The notes beneath the pieces are model-generated. The model was not told the DNA's origin and did not search any database. It was given only the letters and a program-made list of their open reading frames with translations. From Octopus sinensis (taxonomy: Eukaryota), in contig NC_043017.1 in the NCBI RefSeq assembly GCF_006345805.1, positions 13,950,001 through 14,014,000 of the forward strand: DNA of 64,000 nucleotides, written 5' to 3'. This document shows positions 1-13,320 of the stretch, in pieces; positions within the stretch are counted from its first letter, which is position 1; each line of letters opens with the position of its first letter. The translations under genes and the position numbers were made by a program.

Positions 1-261
1 GCAGACAGACAGACACACGTGTATATTCTCTTTTCACAAATGTTAAGCAGTTATCTTGATGTTAAAAATCAAAAACAAAATACAAAACGAAAGCGAAACC
101 ATCATTTTGAATTTGGGGAAAAGGATTAAAATATCTTTGATTTACATGAAAATAAGAGTTGTGTGGTGGTGGCACTCATCACATGCCAACAAATTCATTA
201 TTAAACTTCTCACCAACAAAAATTGAACAAATAAAATAGAAGCAAAGTTGTTGAAATACTA

Positions 262-490
262 AATTGATCACCTTAATTATAAAATGAACACCTTGATTAT
301 CAATTGATCACCTTGATTATTAAATTGATTACTTTGATTATAAACTGATCAACCTTGATTATAAATTGATCTCCTTGATTATGAATCGATCAGTCATCAT
401 TCTAAATTGATCAGCCTTGATTATAAATGATCAACCTTAATTATAATTTATCAGCCTTGATTATAATTTCTCAGCGTTGAACACCTTGAT
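262..490. repeat. Degenerate ~20-bp tandem repeat (CCTTGATTATAAATTGATCA-like, ~11 units)
   Basis: Recurrent ttgattat/aattgatc units seen directly. Confidence 0.75.
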
Positions 491-865
491 CTGTGTCAAG
501 CAAGAATTAAAAGCAGTTAATGAGAAAGTGTGATGGGAAAAGGAGGAGCGGAAAGAAAAAAAAAATCAAATAACTCAGTGGAAATTAACCAGCAGTTTCC
601 AGAGAGATATGAGGGCGTAGTCATTAAAAGTCACAAGCTTTCCTTGCCAGGAAGATACGGTTTGGTTTTAGAGAAAAAATATGGAACGAGAAAAAAGTGT
701 TCAACCAGGATATTGTGCGGTTTGAACGAATATGAATAAAATATTCTCCCCGTGTAACCAACAATATAGAGCAATGGTTTTCAGTGGGGTTCCATATGGC
801 TCCTTGAGGGTCTATATGATATGATGTGGATGAAGTTTATCGACAATAAATTGGTTATACTTCTA

Positions 866-1812
866 TTAGGTTGTTCCGAAAATAATGGCTGCTCTGAGTT
901 GTTTTGAAACGCAATTTTATCAGTATTTTAATTATATTTTATGTGAATTTCGACATACTTAATAATTGATGTATGCTCTTTAATAATTTTCTACTTATTT
1001 CAGACAGTAAACATTCTTGAAGCATATGCGCCCTTAATTATGAACATGACAAAAAAGGACCTTCGCTTACTTTTCTTGCGTGAGTTCAAGCTTGGGCACA
1101 ACACCTCCCAAACTGCTGCAAATATCAGCAGAGCATGAGGAGTGGGGTCCACAAGTGATCGCACTATACGAAGGTGTTTAGAAATTCCGTAGTGGTGATG
1201 AACGTCTTGAAGATGAAGAAGGTAGAAGGACACTCATGCAGTCTTGACAATGAACAATTGAAAGCAATTGTTGAACAAATCCCACGTCAAAGTGTTAGAG
1301 AAATGTCTCAGGCACTTGGTGTCGGTATTGCAACGAACTCATGCAATCTACAGAAGATTAGTATGATGAAAAAGCTCGATAAATGGGTACCGCATGAACT
1401 CGATGAAAATCAAAAAGTTTAGCGTTTTGAAATGTGCCCGATGCTCTTTCTGCGAAACACCAATGATCCTTTTCTTGACTGAATAGTCACTTGTGACGGA
1501 AAGTGGATCCTTTATGGTAACCGTACACGATCAGGTCAAAGGCTGGATCGTGATAAGTCCCCCAAACATTTCCCAAGCCAAAGTTGCATCAGCAAAAGAC
1601 TATGATGACTCTCTGGTAGTCTGCAATTGGTGTTGTCCATTACAGCTTTCTGGAAGCCAATCAGAGAATTTCAGCAGAGGTTTCTGCAATCAATTCGCTG
1701 AAATGCACGCTCACTTGCAAAAAATGAGACCTGCATTGGTGAATCGGTGTGGCTCAATTCTGCTCCACGATAATGCAAAGCTACATGTTGCAAGAATGAC
1801 GCTTCAGAAGCC
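866..1812 (+). mobile_element. Mariner (DD34D) transposon remnant, 3'-truncated and pseudogenised
   Basis: TA plus TIR-like ttaggttgttccg at 864-880. Reading from ATG 1040 across stops and frameshifts gives EFKLGHN..FRSGDE.LEDEE, KWVPHEL, IVTCDGKW and LLHDNA. Confidence 0.9.
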
Positions 1813-2299
1813 CACAGGCTATTTCCCTGGGATGCATAAATATGTCACAGGTACCAAAGAATGGCTGAAAATATATTCAATGTTAGAACTTGTAACAAAG
1901 AACTTATAACTAGAAATATAACAATCGGCTGCAGGTAATAAACCAGTGGTGTACGATGTGTTTTCTGTAGCAGTAATCACACCACATCTGGACTACTCGA
2001 CTGAAGGCGAGATGAGACCTAAACCACTAAGGGCAGAATCTCAAAATTTGAACATCAACAGAAATTTCCACAACAGTTATGTTGGCCACCTCAACATAAA
2101 GGGAAAGCAAAACACAAATCTATCAATCGCCCATTCAAAAATCTTTAAATGGCGCAGATCCATCAATCCAACCATCGTTCTACACATACATGCATACATG
2201 ATGTTATCTAAATGAAAGAACCTATATTCTGGGCAGCAAACCAGTTTTTTTTTTATCCATTAGCGAGACATATAAAAGACCAGAAGAACGAACTCACAC

Positions 2300-2324
2300 G
2301 CGCATACACACATATTCCCCCACC

Positions 2325-2362
<38 letters not shown>

Positions 2363-2835
2363 ATATATATGTGTGTGTGCGTGTGTGTATGTACTTTGTA
2401 TATGTATATTTATACACACAAACATATAAATCCACTCGCATGTGTATGCATCTTTCATATGCAGAGAAGCAGTTATTCTCATGTTCCTAAAAGTACCCCA
2501 CATACTGTCATGCGCAGATTCGCATACATACATAGAAACGTATATACGCACACGCACAGATTCACACCTACACAAGCGACACACAGATACACACACACAC
2601 ATATATATATTACATATATATATATATATGTATAGTACATAATACACACACACACACACACATACACATATATATTACATATATATATATATATGTATAG
2701 TATATAATGCACACACACACACACACACACATACACACACACACGCACGCTCCGTATATATATTGACTGCTCCATATATAAATATATATATGTGTGTGTG
2801 TGGTGTGTGTATGTATATATACGTAGACCACAGAG

Positions 2836-2873
<38 letters not shown>

Positions 2874-2900
2874 GTGTATACATACATTCACATGTGTGTG
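2300..2900. repeat. Compound (TA)/(CA)/(TG) microsatellite
   Basis: Seen directly. Confidence 0.95.
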
Positions 2901-3104
2901 TGGTGTGCTGCTCTCCGTCGCAATCTGCTTCCAATCTCTCTGTTATTGTCCAGTAAACTTAATGACGATTGTCGTATTCTATGCAGAGAGTTTCCTGTTT
3001 CGGGTTTTAAACTCGTGTTTTCTGTCAAAGATTAAATGCGCTTCACCCACAGCCCTCCTCTCCTCTCCTCCTTTCTCTCTCTCTCCACGTTTTCCTCCTT
3101 CGCA

Positions 3105-3116
3105 TTGCTACTACTG

Positions 3117-3150
<34 letters not shown>

Positions 3151-3202
3151 CACCCCACCACCACCACCACCACCACTACTACCACCACCACCACCACCAC
3201 CA

Positions 3203-3235
<33 letters not shown>

Positions 3236-3613
3236 CACTACTACTACTACTAAACCACCAACCAACACACCCACCACACCACCACCACCACTACTACTAC
3301 CACACCACCACCACCACCACCCCACCCATCACCACCACCACCACCACCACCACCACCACCACTACTACTACTACTACCACCACCACCACCACTACTACTA
3401 CTACTACCACCACACACCACTACTACTACTACTACTACCACCACCAACAACACCACCACGACCACGACCACTACTACTACTACCACCACCACCACCACCA
3501 CCACCACCACCACCACTACTACTACTACTACCACCACCAACAACACCACCACCACCACGACCACTACTACTACCACCACCACCACCACCACCACCACCAC
3601 CACCACCACCACA

Positions 3614-3659
<46 letters not shown>

Positions 3660-3660
3660 A
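3105..3660. repeat. Alternating (CAC)n/(CTA)n trinucleotide array
   Basis: Seen directly; accounts for the poly-T/H/P/Y ORFs. Confidence 0.95.
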
Positions 3661-3892
3661 ACGTGTTTCTTTGAAGTTGCCATATAAAAACTGGATCGCT
3701 GGATGTGCGTGTATGTGTGCTCCCCCTTATATAACCTACACTAATTACTTTCTCCCTCTCTTCCTCTTCCCTTGCCTCTTGCTCTCAATTCTTTTTACTC
3801 CTTTTTCCTTCCCCTCCACCTTACCTTTTGCTGTGAAACATTGCTATCATCATTTCTACTCTTTCTTTTCCTTTTCTTTTTCTTTCATTTGC

Positions 3893-3971
<79 letters not shown>

Positions 3972-3974
<3 letters not shown>

Positions 3975-4165
3975 GCCATGATAGATCGGTAGCCACTACA
4001 CACATTTTTTCTCCCCTTGTTTTTTTCTGCGTCCCTTTCTGTAGAAGAGCGTAGGCTCGAAACATAAAAGACTTCTTCAATTCCTGAGCGTTATACTAAT
4101 ACATCTGTTTGTTTTCTACACCACCTGTCTTCGTCTTTTGTTTTTTGTGTGAATTCTCCCTATAC
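3972..4165 (+). mobile_element. Penelope-like pseudo-LTR fragment with a degenerate minimal hammerhead motif
   Basis: CTTT-CTGTAGA-A-GAGC-GTAG-GCTC-GAAAC-AT-A-AAAG at 4035-4070, next to (TA)n; related copy at 37630-37665. Confidence 0.55.
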
Positions 4166-5004
4166 AGGTTCCTATGCTAGTAAGTTTGTGTGTGCAGGTG
4201 TGTATGTATATGTGCATATATGTATGTGTGTATGTGTATATATATGTGTGTGTGTGTATCTATATAAATATGTATTTGTATATATATTATATATATATAT
4301 ATATATACATACACATATATATATATACATACATACATACATACATATATATGTGTGGATGTGTAACTATATGTATGTGCACATGTGTAGAGATATAGGT
4401 ATGTGTGTGTAAGCCTGTATGGATATCCATGTGTATAGTTATGTATACACATGCGTATATAGGTGTGAATATATATCCGAATCGGGGTATGGGTATTTCT
4501 GTAGGTTTGTAGGTGTATGTATGTATGTTTGTTTCAGCGTGAGTATAGAGAGGTATAGATATGGAGACTCCATTACCCTAGTTTACCACTGGTATGTTAC
4601 TCCATACTCCTATTAGCAATAACCTACATAAACCTAATTTATACACTTAATCTAAGAACCCTTCACTTAAGAACCTTGCAGAAAACACACGTGTGACTAG
4701 TTTTTCGTACTTACCTGCACTAAGTAATTTTAATGCACCCAAGCACTAACAATCTAGCACACTACCCCCACTATAGCAGATATAACCCCCAACTCTAAAT
4801 ATAAATATAAACCCTTATGAACCATCGGATAATATATTATAGCTAAACTACCTGATACATCGAAACCCATAGATGCTTACACCCCCTACTTGGTACCTGT
4901 ATCTAAACACAAAGACCCCCAATTGTATCTAGAACTGATACAACCTCCTCCCTACGACCAAAGTAGACCATTATTATACTATTATATACTATTTTACTCT
5001 TTTA

Positions 5005-5394
5005 TTTGTTTCAGTCATTTGACTGCGGCCATGCTGGAGCACCGCCTTTAATCGAGCAACTCGACTCCGGGACTTATTCTTTTGTAAGCCCAGTACTTAT
5101 TCTATCGGTCTCTTTTACCGAACCGCTAAGTAACGGGGACATAAACACACCAGCATCAGTTGTCAAGCAATGCTAGGGTGACAAACACAGACACACAAAC
5201 ACACACACGCATATACATAAATACATATGTACGACGGGCTTCTTTCAGTTTCCGTCTACCAAATCCACTTACAAGGCTTTGGTCGGCCCGAGGCTATAGT
5301 AGAAGACACTTACCCAAGGTGCCACGCAGTGGGACTGAACCCGGAACCATGTGGTTGCTAAGCAAGCTACTTACCACACAGCCACTCCTGCGCC
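5005..5394 (-). mobile_element. tRNA-derived SINE (octopus-type), full length
   Basis: Minus strand begins GGCGCAGGAGTGGCTGTGTGG (A box) then GGTTCAGTCCC (B box); CCTTGGGTAAG core-like motif; several copies in the window. Confidence 0.9.
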
Positions 5395-5989
5395 TATATA
5401 TATATTAAATATATTAAAATGCACTGGTTACCCCCTTTAACTATACGCAAATAACACCGTTAGACGCCTCCAACGTATACATATCCATGTCGACACTTTC
5501 CGTTAACACCCATTTTTGGAAAAAAAAGAAAAAAACCCATCATTAACACTCTAGCACATTGCCACTCCTTGAATATTGAATATTGAATATTGAATATTTA
5601 ATATTCTATATCTTACTAGTATACGTTTTAGCACTGAATAACTACAGGTACGCACAACACCTAGATATCTAACGGCCATGTAAGCAATTAGCACTTGTCC
5701 ATTCCGGTCCTTTTTTGTCAATGTTTATGAATTCTTCATTTGTCTTTCGTCAGCCTAAAGATTCCCAATCCAGCTCATATCCTACTATAATACTCGCTGT
5801 TTAAACATAAACCATAGATATATTATAAAGAAAAATACTACCTGCCCGTATTAATCACTCGTATTAGGCACTCATTCGATAGATAGATATATGTTTTATG
5901 TGTTTATGTTTATATGCTTTTCTTATTTTGTTTTTTATGATTATTTTCCCATAGTTTTAGTTGCTTTACTTATCTTATATATGCATGAA

Positions 5990-6217
5990 TTTATATATGT
6001 ATATGTATATATATGCATATATGTATATATGTATATATGTATGTACGTATATGTATATATATATAACATATATATATATACGTATATATGTATATATATA
6101 TGTATATATGTATATATATATGTACATATATGTGTATATATATATAAATACATATACTCATATATATATAAATTCATATATATTTAGTCTTCTCTCTCTA
6201 TATATATATATACATGC

Positions 6218-6314
<97 letters not shown>

Positions 6315-6330
6315 TATATAATAATATATA
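5990..6330. repeat. (TA)-rich microsatellite
   Basis: Seen directly. Confidence 0.95.
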
Positions 6331-6890
6331 TGAATGTTGTGTGTATGTGTGTTTGTATTCATACATACGGTACAACCTTATCCTTTGATGGTGTCTTCCG
6401 CAATGGTTAGTATAAATTAAACAAAGAACATACAAAACATAGTCCCAGCACTTCCCCAGAGTCAGCCAGGTATTTTTTCAAATTCTAATTAACCCTAATT
6501 AAATTTATCCTAAATAATTAACGTACAATAATGTTATTACATATCATCCTCCTCCTTAATGACTTTTGGGACATTCTGCATATTACCTTGCCGCTGTTGT
6601 TAGAGTTCTGTCACTCTGCCGGTGCACCACAGATGCATTGTAGCTGTTTTCACTGCATTACCTGTTTCACACCTAAAGCACTCACACATTGCTGCTATGT
6701 TCTGCATTACTATTGCACTTTACAACACTATTTCTAATGCAATACTGCTGCTGTATATATTAAATTGCTGCTGAATATTTTGTGGTACGCTTTGTTGCAT
6801 CACTTGCTGCAGCGACCTGGCGATGAAAAAGACAAGATTCTACAAATGAATTTTATTAATTTATGGACAGAGAAGAAAGCGTGTATCTGC

Positions 6891-6950
<60 letters not shown>

Positions 6951-7060
6951 TATAATAATAATTATAATAATAATAATAATGATAATAATACAATAATAAT
7001 AACAGTAATAATAATAATACAATAATAATAATAATAATGATAATAATAATGATAATAATG

Positions 7061-7112
<52 letters not shown>

Positions 7113-7124
7113 GAAGAAGAAGAA

Positions 7125-7449
7125 GAAGAAATGGAGAAACTCTCAAAATACAAAGACCTGGAAATAGAGGTAACTAGAATGTGGAATCTGAAAACAGAAA
7201 CAATTCCTATCATAGTAGGTGCATTAGGCATGATAAAAAAATATTCAGACAAATACATAACAAAAACACCAGGACTTACAAACACATATAACATACAGAA
7301 AATTGCACTACTAGGCACTGCACACATCCTACGCAGAACACTTTCCATACAATAACCATCAGAGCATCACAACAAATCACAGCACAAACCCAAGGAACAC
7401 AGAGCTACGCTCGGTAGTGAAGTGAAAGCACGCTATAAAAATAAAACTA

Positions 7450-7452
<3 letters not shown>
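7125..7452 (+). mobile_element. Dong/R4-clade non-LTR retrotransposon, short 5'-truncated copy within (AAT)n
   Basis: RLE C-terminus EKLSKYKDLEIEVTRMW..IPIIVGALG..ALLGTAHILR, identical in translation to the 9317-9556 ORF; flanked by (AAT)n on both sides. Confidence 0.9.
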
Positions 7453-7514
<62 letters not shown>

Positions 7515-7530
7515 AATAATAATAATAATG

Positions 7531-7588
<58 letters not shown>

Positions 7589-7602
7589 TGATGATGATGA
7601 TG

Positions 7603-7632
<30 letters not shown>

Positions 7633-7633
<1 letters not shown>

Positions 7634-9659
7634 TAAAAGCCATAACTGAAGACAGCCACAGAAAGAAGAAAGGCCTCAGTATGGCCTGGATTGACTACAA
7701 AAAGGCGTTTGATAGCACCCCCCACACATGGATCCTCGAAACACTAGCCATTAACAAAGTAGCACCAACAATCATAAAATTCATAGAGCACTCTATGAAT
7801 AAATGGCAAACAGTCCTACACCTCCAAACAAAAGAGGGACTCATGAAAACCAAAGACATCCCCATTAGAAGAGGAATATTCCAGGGAGATACGCTCTCTC
7901 CACTCCTTTTCTGCTTGGCACTGTCACCTCTATCTGATATGCTAAATAGAACTGGATGCGGATATAAATGTTACGGCAAAACGATCAGCCACCTTTTATA
8001 TATGGATGACCTAAAACTATACGCTGCAAATGAAAAACAGCTGGAAACACTATTAAAGACAGTTCATGGATTTACCAAAGAAATAGATATGAAATTTGGA
8101 TTAGAAAAATGCGCCAAAGTAACCATGAAAAGGGGAAAACTAGTTAAGAGTAACAACATCACACTAGATGAAGCAAATGAAATAAAAGAATTAGACCAAA
8201 GCCAAACTTACAAATACTTAGGAATCCATGAACTAGATAAGACACAACACACACAAATGAAAGAGAAAATAAAAAAAGAATATTATAGACGAGTTAGATC
8301 AATACTAAACACAGAGCTCAATGCTAAAAACAAGATAATAGGTATCAACACTTTAGCTGTCCCAGTTATAAGTTACAGCTACAATATCCTTAACTGGACA
8401 CGAAATGAACTGACCAAAATAGACAGGAAAACAAGAAAATAATGACAGGATCTAGGATGCATCACCCAAAATCTGACATAGAAAGACTATATATACAACG
8501 TATAGAAGGTGGTAGAGGCCTTATACAGCTGGAAAACTACTATAAAATAACCACCATAGGACTGCAAAAATATCTACTTCAGAAGGAAGGAAAATGATCC
8601 AGATAGCGGCAAAACACGAGCAAAACAAAAAACTGTTCTCAGTATTTAAGGAAGCTGACAAATACAAACAAGAAATCATACCACCTAATAAACATGAAAG
8701 AAGAAGAGAAGAAGATGAAGAAACAACAAAAGCTATAAAAACAATGAAATCCAAACTAAAAATAGAACAGCAACGAACCATGATAAAACGATGGCAAGAA
8801 AAGCCCCTTCATGGTAAATACTGGACTAAACTAAACGCAAAAGAAATAGACAAAGAAAAATCCCAGCAATGGTTGAGAAGCTCAGGACTCAAAGCAGAAA
8901 CAGAGGGATTTTTAATTGCAGCACAAGACCAAAAGCCCCACCAGAAATTACCAAAAAAATGTAATGAAAAGAAATATTACAAGTAACTGCAGAATTGTGG
9001 AGATGGACAAAAACAATAAATCATATTATCTCTAGCTGCCCAGTCCTGGCTAAGAAGGAATATATTCACAGACATGACAGAGTTGGAACTTACATACATT
9101 GGAAGCTATGCCAACATTATGGAATAACAACAGAAAAAAGATGGTATAGGCACACACCAGAAAAGGTCACAGAAAACGAGAAAGCAACCATACTCTGGGA
9201 TATGCCGATACACACACAGATAGAGAAATTAAGGCCAACAGACCAGATATAGTTGTCAGAGACCATGAAGAAAAAAATGCTTTCTAATTGATGTATCAGT
9301 ACCGGCAGATGACAACGTGTCTCTAAAAAGAATGGAGAAACTCTCAAAATACAAAGACCTGGAAATAGAGGTAACTAGAATGTGGAATCTGAAAACAGAA
9401 ACAATTCCTATCATAGTAGGTGCATTAGGCATGATAAAAAAATATTCAGACAAATACATAACAAAAACACCAGGACTTACAAACACATATAACATACAGA
9501 AAATTGCACTACTAGGCACTGCACACATCCTACGCAGAACACTTTCCATACAATAACCATCAGAGCATCACAACAAATCACAGCACATACCCAAGGCACA
9601 CAGAGCTGCGCTCGGTAGTGAAGTGAAAGCACGCTATAAAAATAAAAATAAAACTACTG
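7633..9659 (+). mobile_element. Dong/R4-clade (RLE) non-LTR retrotransposon, 5'-truncated: RT, CCHC knuckle and restriction-like endonuclease
   Basis: WIDYKKAFDS, QGDTLSP, YMDD, YKYLG; C-x2-C..HIISSC..RHD; RPDIVV..LIDVSVP..EKLSKY; frameshifts near 8440, 8590, 8935, 8995 and 9220; (AAT)n tail. Confidence 0.95.
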
Positions 9660-10139
9660 AATAATAATAATAATAATAACAATAATAATAAAAAATGCCT
9701 AAATGGCGGTGCCCCAGCATGGCCACAGCTCATTAGCTGAAACTGGAAAAATCAAAATCAAAATCAAAAATCATGTAGTACAAAGATTGAACAAAGATTG
9801 GTTGATCAGATTAGACAAAGTAAAATCAGAAAGTGGTTTGAGAAGATGGAGCAAGAGAAGATTATAATCGAAGCACAAAAGGAAGTGGCCCAGAAGAAAT
9901 ATCCGTAGAACAGGAGAATGTATAGAGCTTGGACATGCAGTGAAGGAATCTATCATATATAGAGGATATTAGTGCACCTCCAACTAGAGGGTCGCCAGAA
10001 GAAATTAGCCCAGAACCAGCTACTCTCTGGAAGTAAAGTTCCTCGAAGAAAGGAAAAGTTTACCATCAATGAAACCATATGATAGAGCAAAGCTAAGATT
10101 AGAACTCGTGAAGACGAATTTCTTGATGTATACCACTCT

Positions 10140-10541
10140 TTTACTCTTTTATTCTTTTATTTGTCATTTTGACTGCGGCCATGCTGGAACACCGCCTTTA
10201 GTCGAGCAAATCGACCCCAGGACTTATTCTTTGTAAGTCTAGTACTTATTCTACTGGTCTCTTTTGCAGAACCGCTAAGTTTCGGGGACGTAAACACACC
10301 AGCATCGGTTGTCAAGCGATGCTGGGAGGACAAACAGAGACAAACACATACACACACACGTATATATATACATATATACGACGGGCTTCTTTCAGTTTCC
10401 GTCTACCAAATCCACTCAGAAAGCTTTGGTCGGCCCGAGGCTATAGTAGAAGATACTTGCCCAAGGTGCCACGCAATGGGACTGAACCCGGAACCATGTG
10501 GCTGGTAAGCAAGCTACTTATCACACAGCCATTCCTACGCC
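10140..10541 (-). mobile_element. tRNA-derived SINE, full length
   Basis: Closely similar to 5005-5394. Confidence 0.9.
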
Positions 10542-10831
10542 ACTGTTTATATCTTCACAGAAAAGATAGGAATTTTGAGAGAAAAAGTGCAGAAAAACAA
10601 AGAACCATTCTGGAAAAGGAGATCAAGAGAAAGCAGGATTTAAGTAAGATTGAGAAAGTAAGGGGAGGTAATATGAGGCTCAATGAAAGAACATAATTAT
10701 TGCACGAATAAGAAACACCACCTGGTGGATAAGGGCACTCTATTTATGTCGGATATGTGAAATCAAAAGATTCAAGTGAGTAGAGTTAAGTTCAAAAGGT
10801 ACAAGAAAAGATGTCTAAAGTTTATACAAAA

Positions 10832-11226
10832 CTAACAGTATCGCCCGGCGTTGCTCGGGTTTGTAAGGGAAATAACTATATAAGCATTTTTAGAGAGTTA
10901 TAGCAAAAAAATAGCAAAAAAATGCATTAAAAATGGAAAAAAAATGATGGTAAATTTTTTAAAATCGTTGACTCATCGTAGACATTTTTAGAGAGTTACT
11001 TCCCTTATGTAATAGCGAAAAAATGCATTAAAATGGAAAAAAATGACGGTAAATTTTTTCAAAATCGTAGACTCATCGTAGACGCGCGCTAATACCCAGA
11101 AGGGCTCGATATGAATCACGACTATAAGATACCCGGTTTTGGCTAAACTGCACCGCAAAATGTGGGAGTAGTTAGGAATCTAAATCGTAGGAGACAGACA
11201 CACAACTTCACTTTTATATATAAAGA
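10832..11226 (-). mobile_element. Non-autonomous Helitron (~395 bp)
   Basis: On the minus strand: 5' TCTTTATATATAAAAG, 3' hairpin CCCGAGCAACGCCGGG then TTAG (variant of CTAG), inserted between A and T; near-identical to 44360-44758. Confidence 0.85.
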
Positions 11227-11879
11227 TTAACTGTAGACAGTTGCTGTTCTACAAGACTCTGGGTAGAGAAGATAAGGAAGAAGCAGAGTTATCTGATCCC
11301 AAAGAAGTAACTTCGTTTTGGAGGAAGATCTCTCTCTTCTCTCCTCACGTACCGATAGGCCAGACTGCTAGCCCTCCTTCTGCGTCTGACTGTGGTCACA
11401 GTCACATCGATATTCTTCCTGTATTTGTGAAACTTTTGTATCTCTGCCGTAAGGCTTCATTTCCACACACGCCAGCTGAATTCAATTCGTCCCTAGTCGA
11501 AAGACACCTGTTGTTATGTCCTGTTATTATATTATTATTATTTTTTTTTTTCATTGTATTTTGCATTTATATTTGTGTAACGTCTGTTTTTCCTTCCTTG
11601 TTTTCTTATACATTCGATACTTTCTTCCAAGAAATCTAATGCTCTCAGCTTAGTTTTTCCTTGGGGCTGGCCAGATTGGAGCAATCTCAAGATTAATCAA
11701 CCGAAATTGCGAGTATGATCCGGTTCTTGACTAAGGATAGAAAGCTTCGAATGACCCGTCCTTGTTTTTTGTATCGTCTATCTGGATTGTTTGTTGTCCC
11801 ATTTTGTATTTTATATTTATATTATATTATATAATAATTATATTATATATATAATATATATATTATATATATATATATA

Positions 11880-12090
11880 TGTTTGTGTGTGTGTGTGGGT
11901 GGTTGGGTGTCTGTGTTTTCCCCCACTATCGCTTGTCAACCGATGTTGGCGTGTTCACGCTGTTGGTGTGTCCCCGTAACACAGCGGTTCGGCAAAAGAG
12001 ACCGATAGAATAAGTCCTGGTCTCGATTTGTTCGACTAAAGGCGGTGCTCCAGCATGGCCGCAGTGAAATGGCTGAAACAAATAAAAGAA
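11880..12090 (+). mobile_element. 3' half of the tRNA-derived SINE
   Basis: gcttgtcaaccgatg..ggcggtgctccagcatggccgcagt matches the other copies. Confidence 0.85.
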
Positions 12091-13019
12091 TAAAGGAATA
12101 TATCTGTGCGTGTGTGTGTGTGTGTGTGTATGTGTGTGTATATATATATGTATACATGATTGTATTTATGTTTGTGTGTATGTATGTATATGTACACATG
12201 AATGAAAGAGTGAAGAGAATGCATTCTGAAAAATTAAATGCAGCCACCATGTTTAGGGACAGAGAAACGAGGAAGCGTCTTGTTTAACATGCGTCGGAAT
12301 CGTACAAGGAGTACAAGAATCGATGACTTGCAGAGATATGGACGCTTGATGCAATTAGATAAGACTCACTGAATTAGATAACTCTCATTCAATTAGATAA
12401 CATTCGTTCAATTAATTTCTTCTCTCTGTTCTACACAACCCACAATCAAATGAACCTTACGACTGAAAACACGATGGTGTATCACCATTATAGTAGATGG
12501 CGTTTACTGTGTGTGCGTCTGTTTCTCAAGATAATGTACGTTCAAGCCTGTTTTCTCCTGGTAGACAAATATATTTTACCATGTTACAATAACAGTCACA
12601 GGCCATAATCGCATGAACATCTTCCATTTCAGTTCTTATTAACCACAAAACACTGATGGATACAGCTAGAAATTCAATTAACCGTTTCAGGAGAATCTTT
12701 CACCATGACCTAGGCCACCATATTACAATCATTGTTATCATCGTCATGGCGTCTTCAGCATATTTCAACATCGTCATTGTCATCATCGTTTTCGGCATAT
12801 CTATTCTTTCTTACTGTTGCTGTTGTTGACGTTGTTGTTATTGTTGCTGTTGTAATCTTTCAATTGTGAAAAAGAAAAAAAAAAGAAAGCAAAAACCCCC
12901 AAAACTCAACATGAATGGTATTCGTTACCCTTTATGCAGAATGACTGCTGATAACGTTGATTCCGTTCTTGATGGTAGTGGTGGTGGTGGTAGTGGTTCT
13001 AACCGTCGGTTGTGAAGAT

Positions 13020-13148
13020 CTACGTGTGCGCATGAGCGTATGTGTGTGTGTGTTGTATGTGGGTGTACATATGTGTGCACATCTGTGTGATGTGTGTGAG
13101 TGAGTGAACGCGTCAGTGTGTGTGTATGTATGTATGTGTATGTATGCG

Positions 13149-13180
<32 letters not shown>

Positions 13181-13320
13181 TGTATGTACGTATATGTATG
13201 TATGTACGTATGTATGTATGTATGTATGTATGTATGTATGCATGTATGCATGTATGTATGTATGTATGTATGTATGTATGTATGTATGTGTGTGTATATG
13301 TGTGTGTGTCTGTGTGTGCA
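13020..13320. repeat. (TATG)n/(TG)n microsatellite
   Basis: Seen directly. Confidence 0.95.

Larger units (their letters stand above)
9790..11330 (+). mobile_element. Older R4/Dong-like N-terminal ORF remnant, split by a SINE and a Helitron
   Basis: Pieces ERKSLPSMKPYDRAKL.., QKIQVSRVKFKRYKKRCLKFIQ | FYKTLG..PKEVTSFWRKI rejoin across the insertions. Confidence 0.55.

Noticed and set aside
1946-2215. 89-aa ORF in complex sequence
   Set aside because: No recognisable motif and no convincing splice context on either strand
2900-3035. Possible minus-strand exon (ENTSLKPETGNSLHRIRQSSLSLLDN..); also 12927-13020
   Set aside because: Plausible single splice sites, but no coherent gene model or homology can be supported by eye
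2872-3674. Long ORFs of 212-262 aa
   Set aside because: Translations of trinucleotide repeats with no protein signal
5320-5394. tRNA gene-like sequences at SINE heads (also 10470-10541, 13676-13745, 51592-51660)
   Set aside because: A/B boxes continue into SINE bodies; no complete cloverleaf
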